Source: an uncultured virus (IMG/VR IMGVR_UViG_3300046010_001786)
Taxonomy: Duplodnaviria > Heunggongvirae > Uroviricota > Caudoviricetes
Virus record (IMG/VR): IMGVR_UViG_3300046010_001786
Strand: one strand, 5' to 3'
DNA length: 64,000 nucleotides
The notes under the pieces were generated by a model that searched no databases, had not been told where the DNA came from, and was given only the letters and a program-made list of their open reading frames with translations. Shown piece after piece: positions 53,423-61,919 of this stretch. The position numbers were made by a program, and so were the translations under genes. Positions within the stretch are counted from its first letter, which is position 1. Each line of letters begins with the position of its first letter.

Positions 53423-55653
53423 TACCGTTTGCCGTCTGGCTGCGCGTCCAGCCTAGGAGCACCAAGTTGCCATTGCACCCCAAGCCCGTCTGAGCTGATC
53501 CGCATAGCCATCTGCCGTCCTCTGGTACGGATGAATACCTGTTCCGTGTACTGGTCTACCGTAGTCTGAATGACCGGCTTCTCGTTTAGAGCGTTGTTGG
53601 TAAATGTTGAACCAGGGAAGTTACGGGACCGAACGCCCATAGTGACTTCGGGATCGTTGGCTGTAGAGCCACTAAAGTTAATGTCTGGGATCACCCGCTT
53701 GGTCAGCATCAGCTTGTCACCGTCCTCGATGTCAAAGTCAGATGACTGGATAAATGCTTCTAGCGGCAGCGTGTTGTCATTCACCCCTACCTCATGGGTA
53801 TAGAGGATGCCTGGATTCTGGTTCTGATCCGTAGATACTGCCGTGGGGAAGTCTCTGGAGGACACATCGAGCCAGGCCGTGCGGGTCAAGTTACCGTAAT
53901 ACCAGATCCGATCCAGGTGGTTATAGATTACATACCGGTCAACCCAGTTGGAATTGGCGCTGCAATAGAACCACCAGACTTCGTTGTATCCCTCGTTCGT
54001 ACCGCAGATTACCTGGTCGGCCTGATTGAAGTTGATGTCCTTGAAGACATACTCTCGCAGCGTGCAAGGCAGCGTCTGTACCCGGCCATCATAGGCATAG
54101 AACTTGTCCAGACCCATCCAGTACGTCACGTTGTTCACTGAGATACATGACCGTGGAGACATGATCGAGATGTTGTCGGCCAGCTCCTGGAGACCAAACA
54201 CCTCAATAGTACCTAGGAACTGAAAGCTGTACAGGTGTGTATCTGTGAAGACCACAATCTCCTGCTTCGTTGGCAGCGCCCGGACAATCCTCGATCCACG
54301 GGACACCCGAATAAATCCAGCGGAGTTCGTCAGCAACGGTGTCCAAACGTTTGGCTGATCCTGCGTAGCCCAACGAATCAGGAGAGGGTCGAAATCACCG
54401 ACAGACCCGGCGTATGGCTGGCACCCAAACGCTAGAAGGTGTTTATCGTTTTGTGAGACCAGAATTTGATAGGCTGAATCAGGAACGTCTGCCGGGGCCA
54501 CGCCATCTAATGTCAGCCCAGAAAGAAGAACCGCCCGAGTGTTAAGTGACGCCTGTGGGTTTGTAGCCGTGTCTCGCACCCAGTAGTAGATTGGTCCGCC
54601 GGTAGAGATACCAGAACCAGTCGTAATGGCCCGGATGTTCATCACCAGGTCATTGTCAAAGTTATCAAAAAACCAATCCCGCTGCGGAAGGTTTACGGGA
54701 ACAGGACTAGCAAGCCCCCAACCAGTCGGAGACGATACAAGTTGAGCGCTGTGTGTTCCACTCTGTGTTCCCGTAGTATTGATGACTGCACCAGCAGATC
54801 CGTTAGGCAGAATCAAAGCAAGATTACATGTGTTACCAGAGGCTCCAACCACGTAATAAGACACGCCAGCAGAAAGCCCTGTAGGCAACGCACCGGTCGT
54901 AGACAAAATGATGACTGTGTTGTCCGCTGGGGTATAAGCAGCAAATGTCAAAACAGCCGGGGATGCAATAGTTACTGTAAACGTACCCATCGTAGAAAGC
55001 CCGGTTGTTCCACCGAAACCACCAGTCCCCCACCCGTAACCCGCCGTCTGGAGAGGAAAGCCTGGATGGATCTGGCATCCAACAAAGATCGCTGTACCAC
55101 CCCCGTTACTCACGGTTGATGTGGCCGCAGTCGATACGGTAATCGTAAAGTTATTGTTATCTGTAACAGATGTTACAGTGTGCTCCGCGTTCAATATGGC
55201 ACTGGGTATACCGCCTACGTCAGTCGCACCGGCAATCGTGATGTAGTCACCAACTAGGCATCCATGCGCCGTGATGTTGATATTGACTGTGGTTGAACCA
55301 TTAGTCGTATCAATACAGTTATCTGTAGTGGGAGTCTTAAATGTGTACTCTTCATCGGGCGAGGCAAGTGGACTGCGGATAGGCGTGATGTCGTAGAACA
55401 ACCCACCAACCTCGATGTAGACCTTCTGATCCGTACCAACCGCCAGAAAGTTATCTGAATACGAAGTAACCCAGTTCCAGAGCTGCCGACAGGTTCCAAT
55501 GAACCGCTCAGTCGTAGCTTCTACCCAGCCGCCAATCTTCTGCGGGAATCCAGAGTAAAACCGGACTTTGTCGCACTCGTAATAGCCGCCCTCGTTGGCG
55601 TAGTTCGTGGTGTCACGATTGATACCAGGACGCAGGACGATCTTTTTAAGCAT
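53422..55653 (-). CDS. Tail tubular B / P22 gp10-like tail hub protein
   Basis: PGINR..T.Y..EG.....DKVRF..G.PQKIGGW; NEVWWFY; RTAW; R.RGRQ...WQLG.PRLD...DG.R. Confidence 0.75.
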   Translation of the reverse strand: MLKKIVLRPGINRDTTNYANEGGYYECDKVRFYSGFPQKIGGWVEATTERFIGTCRQLWNWVTSYSDNFLAVGTDQKVYIEVGGLFYDITPIRSPLASPDEEYTFKTPTTDNCIDTTNGSTTVNINITAHGCLVGDYITIAGATDVGGIPSAILNAEHTVTSVTDNNNFTITVSTAATSTVSNGGGTAIFVGCQIHPGFPLQTAGYGWGTGGFGGTTGLSTMGTFTVTIASPAVLTFAAYTPADNTVIILSTTGALPTGLSAGVSYYVVGASGNTCNLALILPNGSAGAVINTTGTQSGTHSAQLVSSPTGWGLASPVPVNLPQRDWFFDNFDNDLVMNIRAITTGSGISTGGPIYYWVRDTATNPQASLNTRAVLLSGLTLDGVAPADVPDSAYQILVSQNDKHLLAFGCQPYAGSVGDFDPLLIRWATQDQPNVWTPLLTNSAGFIRVSRGSRIVRALPTKQEIVVFTDTHLYSFQFLGTIEVFGLQELADNISIMSPRSCISVNNVTYWMGLDKFYAYDGRVQTLPCTLREYVFKDINFNQADQVICGTNEGYNEVWWFYCSANSNWVDRYVIYNHLDRIWYYGNLTRTAWLDVSSRDFPTAVSTDQNQNPGILYTHEVGVNDNTLPLEAFIQSSDFDIEDGDKLMLTKRVIPDINFSGSTANDPEVTMGVRSRNFPGSTFTNNALNEKPVIQTTVDQYTEQVFIRTRGRQMAMRISSDGLGVQWQLGAPRLDAQPDGKR

Positions 55654-55655
55654 GA

Positions 55656-56123
55656 TTAAGCAACCAATCCAGGTAGATACATCACCTTACCGTCTCTTCT
55701 TGTTGCAGTAAGATTTTGTTTCTTTAAGTTTTGTGGGTCATACGACACGTGTACCCATCCACTATCAGGTACGCCCGGCGTTACAAACTCAAGAATCAAT
55801 TGGGTGTACGTTAAATTATTTGCTATCCATTCTGCTAAATCTGGATTTCCTACCCCCGGTATCTCAATGTCAGCAGCCATTCCTCGGCAGTGATCCGAGG
55901 TTCTAGACCCCCCTACTTTAGCATTTACATCCGGCGAGCGATAGCCCGAATTAACCTTGACGCCCTTCTGGTAGTGGTCACGGATGGGCTGCAATACGTT
56001 GGCGCAGAGGTTCAAAAGATTGTTCAGTTCGTCTGGGCCAGGGTTGTTTGGTAGGTCATGGCGCAGCGCAGTCTCAGACTTCACCATCTCGGCAAGGCTA
56101 AAGTTCTTGGTCAGTTGGGTCAT
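55656..56123 (-). CDS. Endolysin, peptidase M15A family
   Basis: SGYRS...N..VGG..TSDHCRGMAADI; WVHVS. Confidence 0.9.
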   Translation of the reverse strand: MTQLTKNFSLAEMVKSETALRHDLPNNPGPDELNNLLNLCANVLQPIRDHYQKGVKVNSGYRSPDVNAKVGGSRTSDHCRGMAADIEIPGVGNPDLAEWIANNLTYTQLILEFVTPGVPDSGWVHVSYDPQNLKKQNLTATRRDGKVMYLPGLVA

Positions 56124-56557
56124 TTCTTCTCCAGCAGATCGTCAATTTGCTTGGTTTTCTCTTTACTACCAGCAGAACTACCGAAGTAATACCCAAGCAC
56201 CATCGTCATAGCAGAGGTAAGACCACCTAGCACATAGACCAGAATGTCTTTTGACTGGGCATTGACATCCACAAAGATGATGACGGTAAAGAGGATAAAG
56301 GTCAGACCAACCGTGCCTAGCGCCAGGATAGGCGTCACCACCTTGCTGATAAAGGGTGCATTGGTTGATACGGCAATCTCAATCTCCCGCCGTCTGGCTG
56401 AGTCCATCTCTTTAGCCATGAACTCCAGCTCAGCAAGGTCACCCTTCTGCGCCATCTCCATGAGTTTGGCTTGGGCTTCTGCTTTAGCACCGGGGTCTGG
56501 AATGACCTTATCTAAGACCTTCTCACCAATCGATAACAGGGCGGCTATGGGTAGCAT
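56120..56557 (-). CDS. Putative holin
   Basis: Two TM helices, GYYFGSS; adjacent to the endolysin. Confidence 0.7.
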   Translation of the reverse strand: MLPIAALLSIGEKVLDKVIPDPGAKAEAQAKLMEMAQKGDLAELEFMAKEMDSARRREIEIAVSTNAPFISKVVTPILALGTVGLTFILFTVIIFVDVNAQSKDILVYVLGGLTSAMTMVLGYYFGSSAGSKEKTKQIDDLLEKK

Positions 56558-56791
56558 TTACTTTCCTATCCTTGTGCTTGCGACGCCGGAGATCACACCA
56601 ATAGCCACCAGCATAATCTCTTTCAAAATCTCAAGAAACTTCTGGTCTATGGGAGCCATCTGTGTCAGGTCATGGTCTACGAACAAAACACTAAGAATGA
56701 TGCCAATGGTTGAGATAACCAGCAACGACAGCACGCCTATGACCACCGTGGCCCAGACTATCGTTTGAATTTCTTCTGCTGTGTATTTCAT
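56558..56791 (-). CDS. Small two-TM membrane protein
   Basis: Hydrophobic helices flanking MAPIDQKF. Confidence 0.6.
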   Translation of the reverse strand: MKYTAEEIQTIVWATVVIGVLSLLVISTIGIILSVLFVDHDLTQMAPIDQKFLEILKEIMLVAIGVISGVASTRIGK

Positions 56792-57255
56792 CCTCGGCCT
56801 TTCAACATGTATAACCAGATTGCACCGACCATCAGCCCAACAAATATAGACCCTGCCACAAACAACCAGAACCCCAGAAGAAGCTGTTCCATCAGTCTTG
56901 CACGGCGAACTTTCTTCTCCTGCGCTGCCTTTGCTACTTCTCGTGCTGCTGCTTCTCTATTCTGCCTAGCCTTGACTTGAAACGCTTGCCAGTCATCCCA
57001 CAGCCCAGGTCTGCCCTGGTAGATAAACATTTCCCGCAGTTCCTGCTCTTGCTTCTTTAACTGCTCTAGCGCAAAGAATTCTTCTAGGTCGTTGCGCTTG
57101 TGATCCGGTGTTGCTACTACTTTTTCTTGAATCTTTGCCTTGTTGTCGAAATACTCAAATACCGCTTTGCCAGCCTGGATGATCTCCCCGCTGTTATTGA
57201 TAGCCTCCTTTATCACTGCAAAGGCTGCGTTGGCAGCAGCAAGTTCTAACAACAT
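56788..57255 (-). CDS. Membrane-anchored coiled-coil protein
   Basis: ELAAANAAF.VIK; C-terminal TM. Confidence 0.6.
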   Translation of the reverse strand: MLLELAAANAAFAVIKEAINNSGEIIQAGKAVFEYFDNKAKIQEKVVATPDHKRNDLEEFFALEQLKKQEQELREMFIYQGRPGLWDDWQAFQVKARQNREAAAREVAKAAQEKKVRRARLMEQLLLGFWLFVAGSIFVGLMVGAIWLYMLKGRG

Positions 57256-57270
57256 GACAGACCCTTTCCA

Positions 57271-57582
57271 TTACCAAGGAACCCCTTGGGCGGTTTGTAC
57301 GTGCTGCTTAGCTATGGAAGAAATTAAACCTCGCTCCATCTGAGCAATTCTTTCTGGGCCTAACTGCTCTTGAACCCATGCAATAGTCTCAGCTTCAGTG
57401 AGCTGGTCAAACGGTATAAAGTCTGGGTCTGACGGAGACTTGTACGGCACCTTTTGGCCCACGTTTCCATTGGCTTTATATTGACCATCTACCATCGAGA
57501 CATTGCAACAAACCATGATTACCACGCCTTCTGGCACGGTACGAATTAGGTTATATACATTCCAGATCATCTGGTTATCCAT
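57271..57582 (-). CDS. Tail-fibre-associated small protein
   Basis: FIPFDQLTEAETIAWV...GVPW motif. Confidence 0.65.
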   Translation of the reverse strand: MDNQMIWNVYNLIRTVPEGVVIMVCCNVSMVDGQYKANGNVGQKVPYKSPSDPDFIPFDQLTEAETIAWVQEQLGPERIAQMERGLISSIAKQHVQTAQGVPW

Positions 57583-59224
57583 TCACCTTCTCCTTCAACG
57601 CATTGATCTCTGCACGGAGCTTCTGAATCTCTTTCAGCATCGGCGCAATAAGCTGTTCGTAATTGATGCCAGCAACTTCACCCTTAACAAATGCACAAAT
57701 CTCTGGGCGCACAGTAACAACGTCTTCGGCAATAAGGCCAAACTCTGCTGTTTCATGGATCTTGCCCGTATAGGAACCGTCTTCAGCTCTTTCACGACGG
57801 TTATATGACACAGGCTCCAAAGACATCAACCAGTCTGCGTCTGCTATTGGCGCAATGTTAGCCTTCGACTCACGGGTAGAACTTAAGGTGCCAACAAGCC
57901 CGGTGTTATCTATATAAAGAGCACGATTAGTGCCGCCTACCGCAATTGAATACGTATCATCAAACAACACTCTATTGTCGGCTCGCAAAGAATACGTGCG
58001 ACCAGCAGCTACTGTTTTAAGAGACGCATTTGCCGCTGGAGTGTCATTAATACCAATCTCTCCAGTTGCGGTAATTAATATGCGACCAAATCCGTCTGTA
58101 TAAATAGCAAAGTCTTGTGTTACACCAGTACCAACAGAATTTGATTCTATAAATGCGTTAATTGGAGAAGAGTAAAGAGATACATAGCTACAATTTGCTG
58201 GGTCTGTTGACCCATACAGAATTAATGACGTATCACTTTGTATTGACGAGACTCCAGGAATTACCCCTAAAGAAGTTCCCATAGTCGGCGTTGAGTGCTG
58301 CAACAAAAAACCATTAGCGTTTTGCGAATCAAACTTCGCTTGAAGCCTTCTAGCATCTCCACTAAATACTAAGTTGGCACCAATAGTTTGATTGGCCGTA
58401 AACGTCTGGGCTTCTTCAAGAAACGCAAAGGTTCTGTTGCCTGACACAGCAGGTACTGTCAGCGTCCTGGCTGCATTGGTGGTGTAGTTAATTGTTGCTT
58501 TGTTAGTCTGGGTGCCAACGTTCAATGTACCAATGTTGCCGGTGGTCATTGAAATTGTTGATGCTGAAAAAGAACCTGTTCCGTCTCTGGCCACAATCGT
58601 GGATGCTGTACTTGCAGACGCTGTAGTGATCGCGTGGGTGTGAGTTGATCCAGACACTAGGTTAGTTGTCGTGGTGTCGAGCGTGCTTGGCGTTCCAAGA
58701 GTTACCGATCCAGTCGTGGTAATCGTGGAGAAGTTCATCCCATTACCAGCCGCAACAGATGAGACCGTGCCACCTGCCGTGGAGATTGCCGCCCCGCCAA
58801 TCGTTGCTCCAGCAGGAAGATTAGTCACCGCGTTTACTACGTCCGTCCCATTGTTGTATAGGTGCATCGTCGCACCGTTGGGCACAGAGACACCTGTCTG
58901 GCCAGCTACCTTGACCGTAACCGCAAATCCACCAGTCGTACCGTTTTTGACGATGTAAGCTTTTTGGACCGCTGGAACTTCTAGGACAGCAGCTCCGCCA
59001 GGCGTGCCCGTAAGGTTCAGATAAAGCGCCCGAGCATCTTGTGCCGCATTGGTATTTGTGAGCGTGAGCTGTTCAGTTGTGCTCGACATCGTCACATCTG
59101 CTTTGCCACCTATGGCCTGCTCAATGGCTGTGCCTAGGTTCGTGTTTGTGGTTTGCCCCCACGTCGAAACCTGTTCGCCAGTACCAATTAACTCAATTTT
59201 TAAAGGTGAGTATGTAGATGCCAT
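57575..59224 (-). CDS. Tail fibre with C-terminal intramolecular chaperone (peptidase S74-like)
   Basis: WGQTTNTNL N-terminus; SSTRESKANI, L.PVSY, FGLIAEDV...PE, INYEQL...L.EIQKL. Confidence 0.85.
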   Translation of the reverse strand: MASTYSPLKIELIGTGEQVSTWGQTTNTNLGTAIEQAIGGKADVTMSSTTEQLTLTNTNAAQDARALYLNLTGTPGGAAVLEVPAVQKAYIVKNGTTGGFAVTVKVAGQTGVSVPNGATMHLYNNGTDVVNAVTNLPAGATIGGAAISTAGGTVSSVAAGNGMNFSTITTTGSVTLGTPSTLDTTTTNLVSGSTHTHAITTASASTASTIVARDGTGSFSASTISMTTGNIGTLNVGTQTNKATINYTTNAARTLTVPAVSGNRTFAFLEEAQTFTANQTIGANLVFSGDARRLQAKFDSQNANGFLLQHSTPTMGTSLGVIPGVSSIQSDTSLILYGSTDPANCSYVSLYSSPINAFIESNSVGTGVTQDFAIYTDGFGRILITATGEIGINDTPAANASLKTVAAGRTYSLRADNRVLFDDTYSIAVGGTNRALYIDNTGLVGTLSSTRESKANIAPIADADWLMSLEPVSYNRRERAEDGSYTGKIHETAEFGLIAEDVVTVRPEICAFVKGEVAGINYEQLIAPMLKEIQKLRAEINALKEKVNG

Positions 59225-60016
59225 TTACAAATCCTTTGTTAAATAAACATGGGCCTTGCGTTTTTTTATCAACAAAACCATTTTCTTAGAAACGCTATGA
59301 GCTTTTGCGGTTTGCGCTAAGGATAAATTTGAATAAAAAATTTCTTTTACCGTCTCTTCAGAAAGTTTTGCGTTTTTACTACGCTTCCCTTGAACTGCTA
59401 ATTTTTGTGCAGCTATGGTAACTGCACGTAACCTATCAAACATTTCTTTTGTTTGTTGTCGTCTTTCGTTGCTTAATGGAAGTTTCCTTGATCCTTGTTT
59501 AACTAAAATTGGTGGGTGCTGTGCATCTAAATGCTTCCAACACTTTCCTTGCCTTGCTGCTTTAATTGTATCGACATTGATCTTTTGCCCAAACGCTTCT
59601 TCAAGCATCTCTAACAATTCCCTATTTGACTTGTTCCACAGACTAGGGCTTCTGATAAACGCAACCATCTCTTCTGTAAGTTTTGCGTTATGAGACTCTT
59701 CTCCTATTTTGCGAACAACTTTGCCTTCTCCTTCTCCTCCCAAAGTAAGGTTGTATCCTCCACTACGTACATACGATCCGTACTGCGCTATCAATCCTTT
59801 TTCTACAGCTTGTATCTCTAATCGATCAACACCTTCATACAATAGGACAATTTGAAACTGGTCTATTCCGTGCTTTCGCATAGCCTTATACAACGGCGTA
59901 TCAAGACCAGAACGAGCGGCGCATTTGTGCTCTCGCCAACGCTTTTCCAATGAACAGGCAGTAATGCCAATATACAACTTGTCATTTATTTTGTTAGTGA
60001 TCTTGTATACGTACAT
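59225..60016 (-). CDS. GIY-YIG homing endonuclease
   Basis: YVYKITNKINDKLYIGIT....RW.EH, GYNLT.GG, repeated HNAKL.EE.V DNA-binding motifs; AT-rich. Confidence 0.9.
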   Translation of the reverse strand: MYVYKITNKINDKLYIGITACSLEKRWREHKCAARSGLDTPLYKAMRKHGIDQFQIVLLYEGVDRLEIQAVEKGLIAQYGSYVRSGGYNLTLGGEGEGKVVRKIGEESHNAKLTEEMVAFIRSPSLWNKSNRELLEMLEEAFGQKINVDTIKAARQGKCWKHLDAQHPPILVKQGSRKLPLSNERRQQTKEMFDRLRAVTIAAQKLAVQGKRSKNAKLSEETVKEIFYSNLSLAQTAKAHSVSKKMVLLIKKRKAHVYLTKDL

Positions 60017-60022
60017 TGCAAT

Positions 60023-60091
60023 TTAAACTCCGGCTACCTGCTCACCGGTTCCAATCAGTTCAATCTTTAATGGGCTGTAATCACTTGCCAT
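60023..60091 (-). pseudogene. Truncated original 5' end of the tail-fibre gene (22 aa)
   Basis: MASDYSPLKIELIGTGEQVAGV* with GGAG RBS; 18/19 aa identical to the start of 57575-59224. Confidence 0.85.
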
Positions 60092-60094
60092 GAT

Positions 60095-60475
60095 TTACTC
60101 CGCTTCTACGTTGCCTGCGACCTGCATTTCAATCCAAGAACCCGTGTCTTCATCCCACGAATACATACCGCCTTCAGGCATTGGCACCGGTGCCTCCCAC
60201 TGGGCCGTGTCATTGTTCAGCAGCCAAGACGCAAAAGGTTTGGGCGGTACAAACGCATCAATGTCGGCGTTGTAGGTGTAACCGATACCAGCGTAGTTCT
60301 TGCGGATGGTGCCGTTGTAAGAGGTTTGCTTCCATGTGCCGCCAAAGAGTTTCTCGCAGAACGCAGCCCCGATGTATTCCTTCTCCACACCATTAGCGTC
60401 TGCCGTGTCTTTGTTAGCCACCACGATGACTTGCGTCACCACGTTATTACCGTCAATCTGGGCGAAGTGCGCCAT
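60095..60475 (-). CDS. Conserved tail-module protein
   Basis: MAHFAQID..NVV..VIVV; WKQTSYN...RKNYAGIG; PFASW. Confidence 0.75.
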   Translation of the reverse strand: MAHFAQIDGNNVVTQVIVVANKDTADANGVEKEYIGAAFCEKLFGGTWKQTSYNGTIRKNYAGIGYTYNADIDAFVPPKPFASWLLNNDTAQWEAPVPMPEGGMYSWDEDTGSWIEMQVAGNVEAE

Positions 60476-60486
60476 TTAGATCTCCT

Positions 60487-61059
60487 TTACCAAGTCCATG
60501 AAACGTATGAATAACGAATGCCCGATTTCACAGGCTTTACCTCATGCGGATACATGAAGTTACTGGGAAAAACTACTACCGCCCCAGCAGGCAGATGAAT
60601 ACGGTGGTCACCAAACATCATCAACTCACCGCCTTCGTAATCGTCGTTTAAAGCACCCAGTATCGTCAAGGTTGGGATGCCTTTTCGCTGACCATCAAAC
60701 ATCGAATGAATGTGGTCACAGTGCAGTTTCATCTGCGTGGTCGGGTCATACCGGTTAAACCGAATATTGGTGTACCCATTCCAGCCGCCAAACCAAGACT
60801 CAAAACTAGCGAAGTCCTTTAATACATAGCGCTCGACGGCAAACCAGACCTGCTTATTGATCTCGGCCTTCTCTGCAATATCGTCATGGCTAATGGCTAG
60901 TTCGTGGTCGTAACTGACATAAGAGTCAGTCCCAGACTGATAGAAGGTGTGCTGCTTCCAGTTGATCTTGTCGAGGTTCTCTGAAGCCGACTTGCATAGA
61001 TCCACAGGTAGGTGGTTTTCATACACCTTGACATAATCTAGGAGATTCTGCGGCGTCAC
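60487..61059 (-). CDS. 2OG-Fe(II) oxygenase (prolyl-hydroxylase-like)
   Basis: HCD, LNDDYEGGEL, FPSNFMYPHEVKPVKSGIRYS. Confidence 0.9.
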   Translation of the reverse strand: MTPQNLLDYVKVYENHLPVDLCKSASENLDKINWKQHTFYQSGTDSYVSYDHELAISHDDIAEKAEINKQVWFAVERYVLKDFASFESWFGGWNGYTNIRFNRYDPTTQMKLHCDHIHSMFDGQRKGIPTLTILGALNDDYEGGELMMFGDHRIHLPAGAVVVFPSNFMYPHEVKPVKSGIRYSYVSWTW

Positions 61060-61655
61060 AGGTGTAGCCCAGTCAATGATTCGTCTTGCCCAAAGTTGCC
61101 GATGGGGAAGGTGTTAAACGACAGACTAATGCGAGTCTGCTTACCCTCTACGGTCTCAACCATGTGCGTCAGGTGAGAGGGGAATATAAAGAGTCGGCCT
61201 GTGTAGGCTTCCATCCACCAAGACTCAGAGTTGTACGGATTGAAGTCTTCTGTAGGCGTCTTTAGTTGCTGATACCCGTCACGGTAGAAATAGATCTTGT
61301 CCGTTTCTTTATCGGCCTGGGGGTAAAACACACCAGAGACAAACGAATTGGGGTGAGCGTGTTTGTGGTGAAACTGACCCGGCTCGGTGTAATTGCACCA
61401 TGACTGCGTGATGCGGAGCGTGGTCTCGTGCTTGGGGGCGTAGACGGCCTTGAAATAATTGGCAACAGACTGCTCAATAAAGTCCTTCACACCCTTTAGT
61501 TCAGGGTTCTTTAGGATCGTGTTATCGACGCTTGTGGTATTGCCCATGTTATTGCGCTTCTCTTGGTTCTTGATGAACGCAATTTCTGTCTCGGTAAAGT
61601 CACGCCCGAGGTCGAACATACTTAATGCGGTAGGAAATAGGTTGTGGATATTCAC
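61056..61655 (-). CDS. TIGR02466-like putative 2OG-Fe(II) oxygenase
   Basis: SWCN, HHKHAHPNSFVSGVFY, IFPSHLTHMV, RISLSFN. Confidence 0.85.
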   Translation of the reverse strand: MNIHNLFPTALSMFDLGRDFTETEIAFIKNQEKRNNMGNTTSVDNTILKNPELKGVKDFIEQSVANYFKAVYAPKHETTLRITQSWCNYTEPGQFHHKHAHPNSFVSGVFYPQADKETDKIYFYRDGYQQLKTPTEDFNPYNSESWWMEAYTGRLFIFPSHLTHMVETVEGKQTRISLSFNTFPIGNFGQDESLTGLHL

Positions 61656-61909
61656 GCTACCGCCTTCTCTAAGGCTTCTACTTGACCGGTGAGTCGTGCC
61701 CAGTCTTCTGGCAACCAGATAGTATTGATGGACTCTTCAAACTGACGAATCTTTTCCATCGTCTCGTCAATCTCTTCCCATGTCGGGCAAGGTCTTGGGT
61801 CATCCCACCGAGTAATGATGCGGTTTGATATTTCCCACTTAGCACCTGGGCGCAAGAGTTCCATTGCGGTATTGATGCCAAAAAGCCTATAAATTTTTGC
61901 CTGATTCAT
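61652..61909 (-). CDS. Small XkdW-like tail-associated protein
   Basis: AM..LRPGAKW...W.DPRPCPT.EEI. Confidence 0.55.
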   Translation of the reverse strand: MNQAKIYRLFGINTAMELLRPGAKWEISNRIITRWDDPRPCPTWEEIDETMEKIRQFEESINTIWLPEDWARLTGQVEALEKAVA

Positions 61910-61919
61910 TCCCTCTCCT

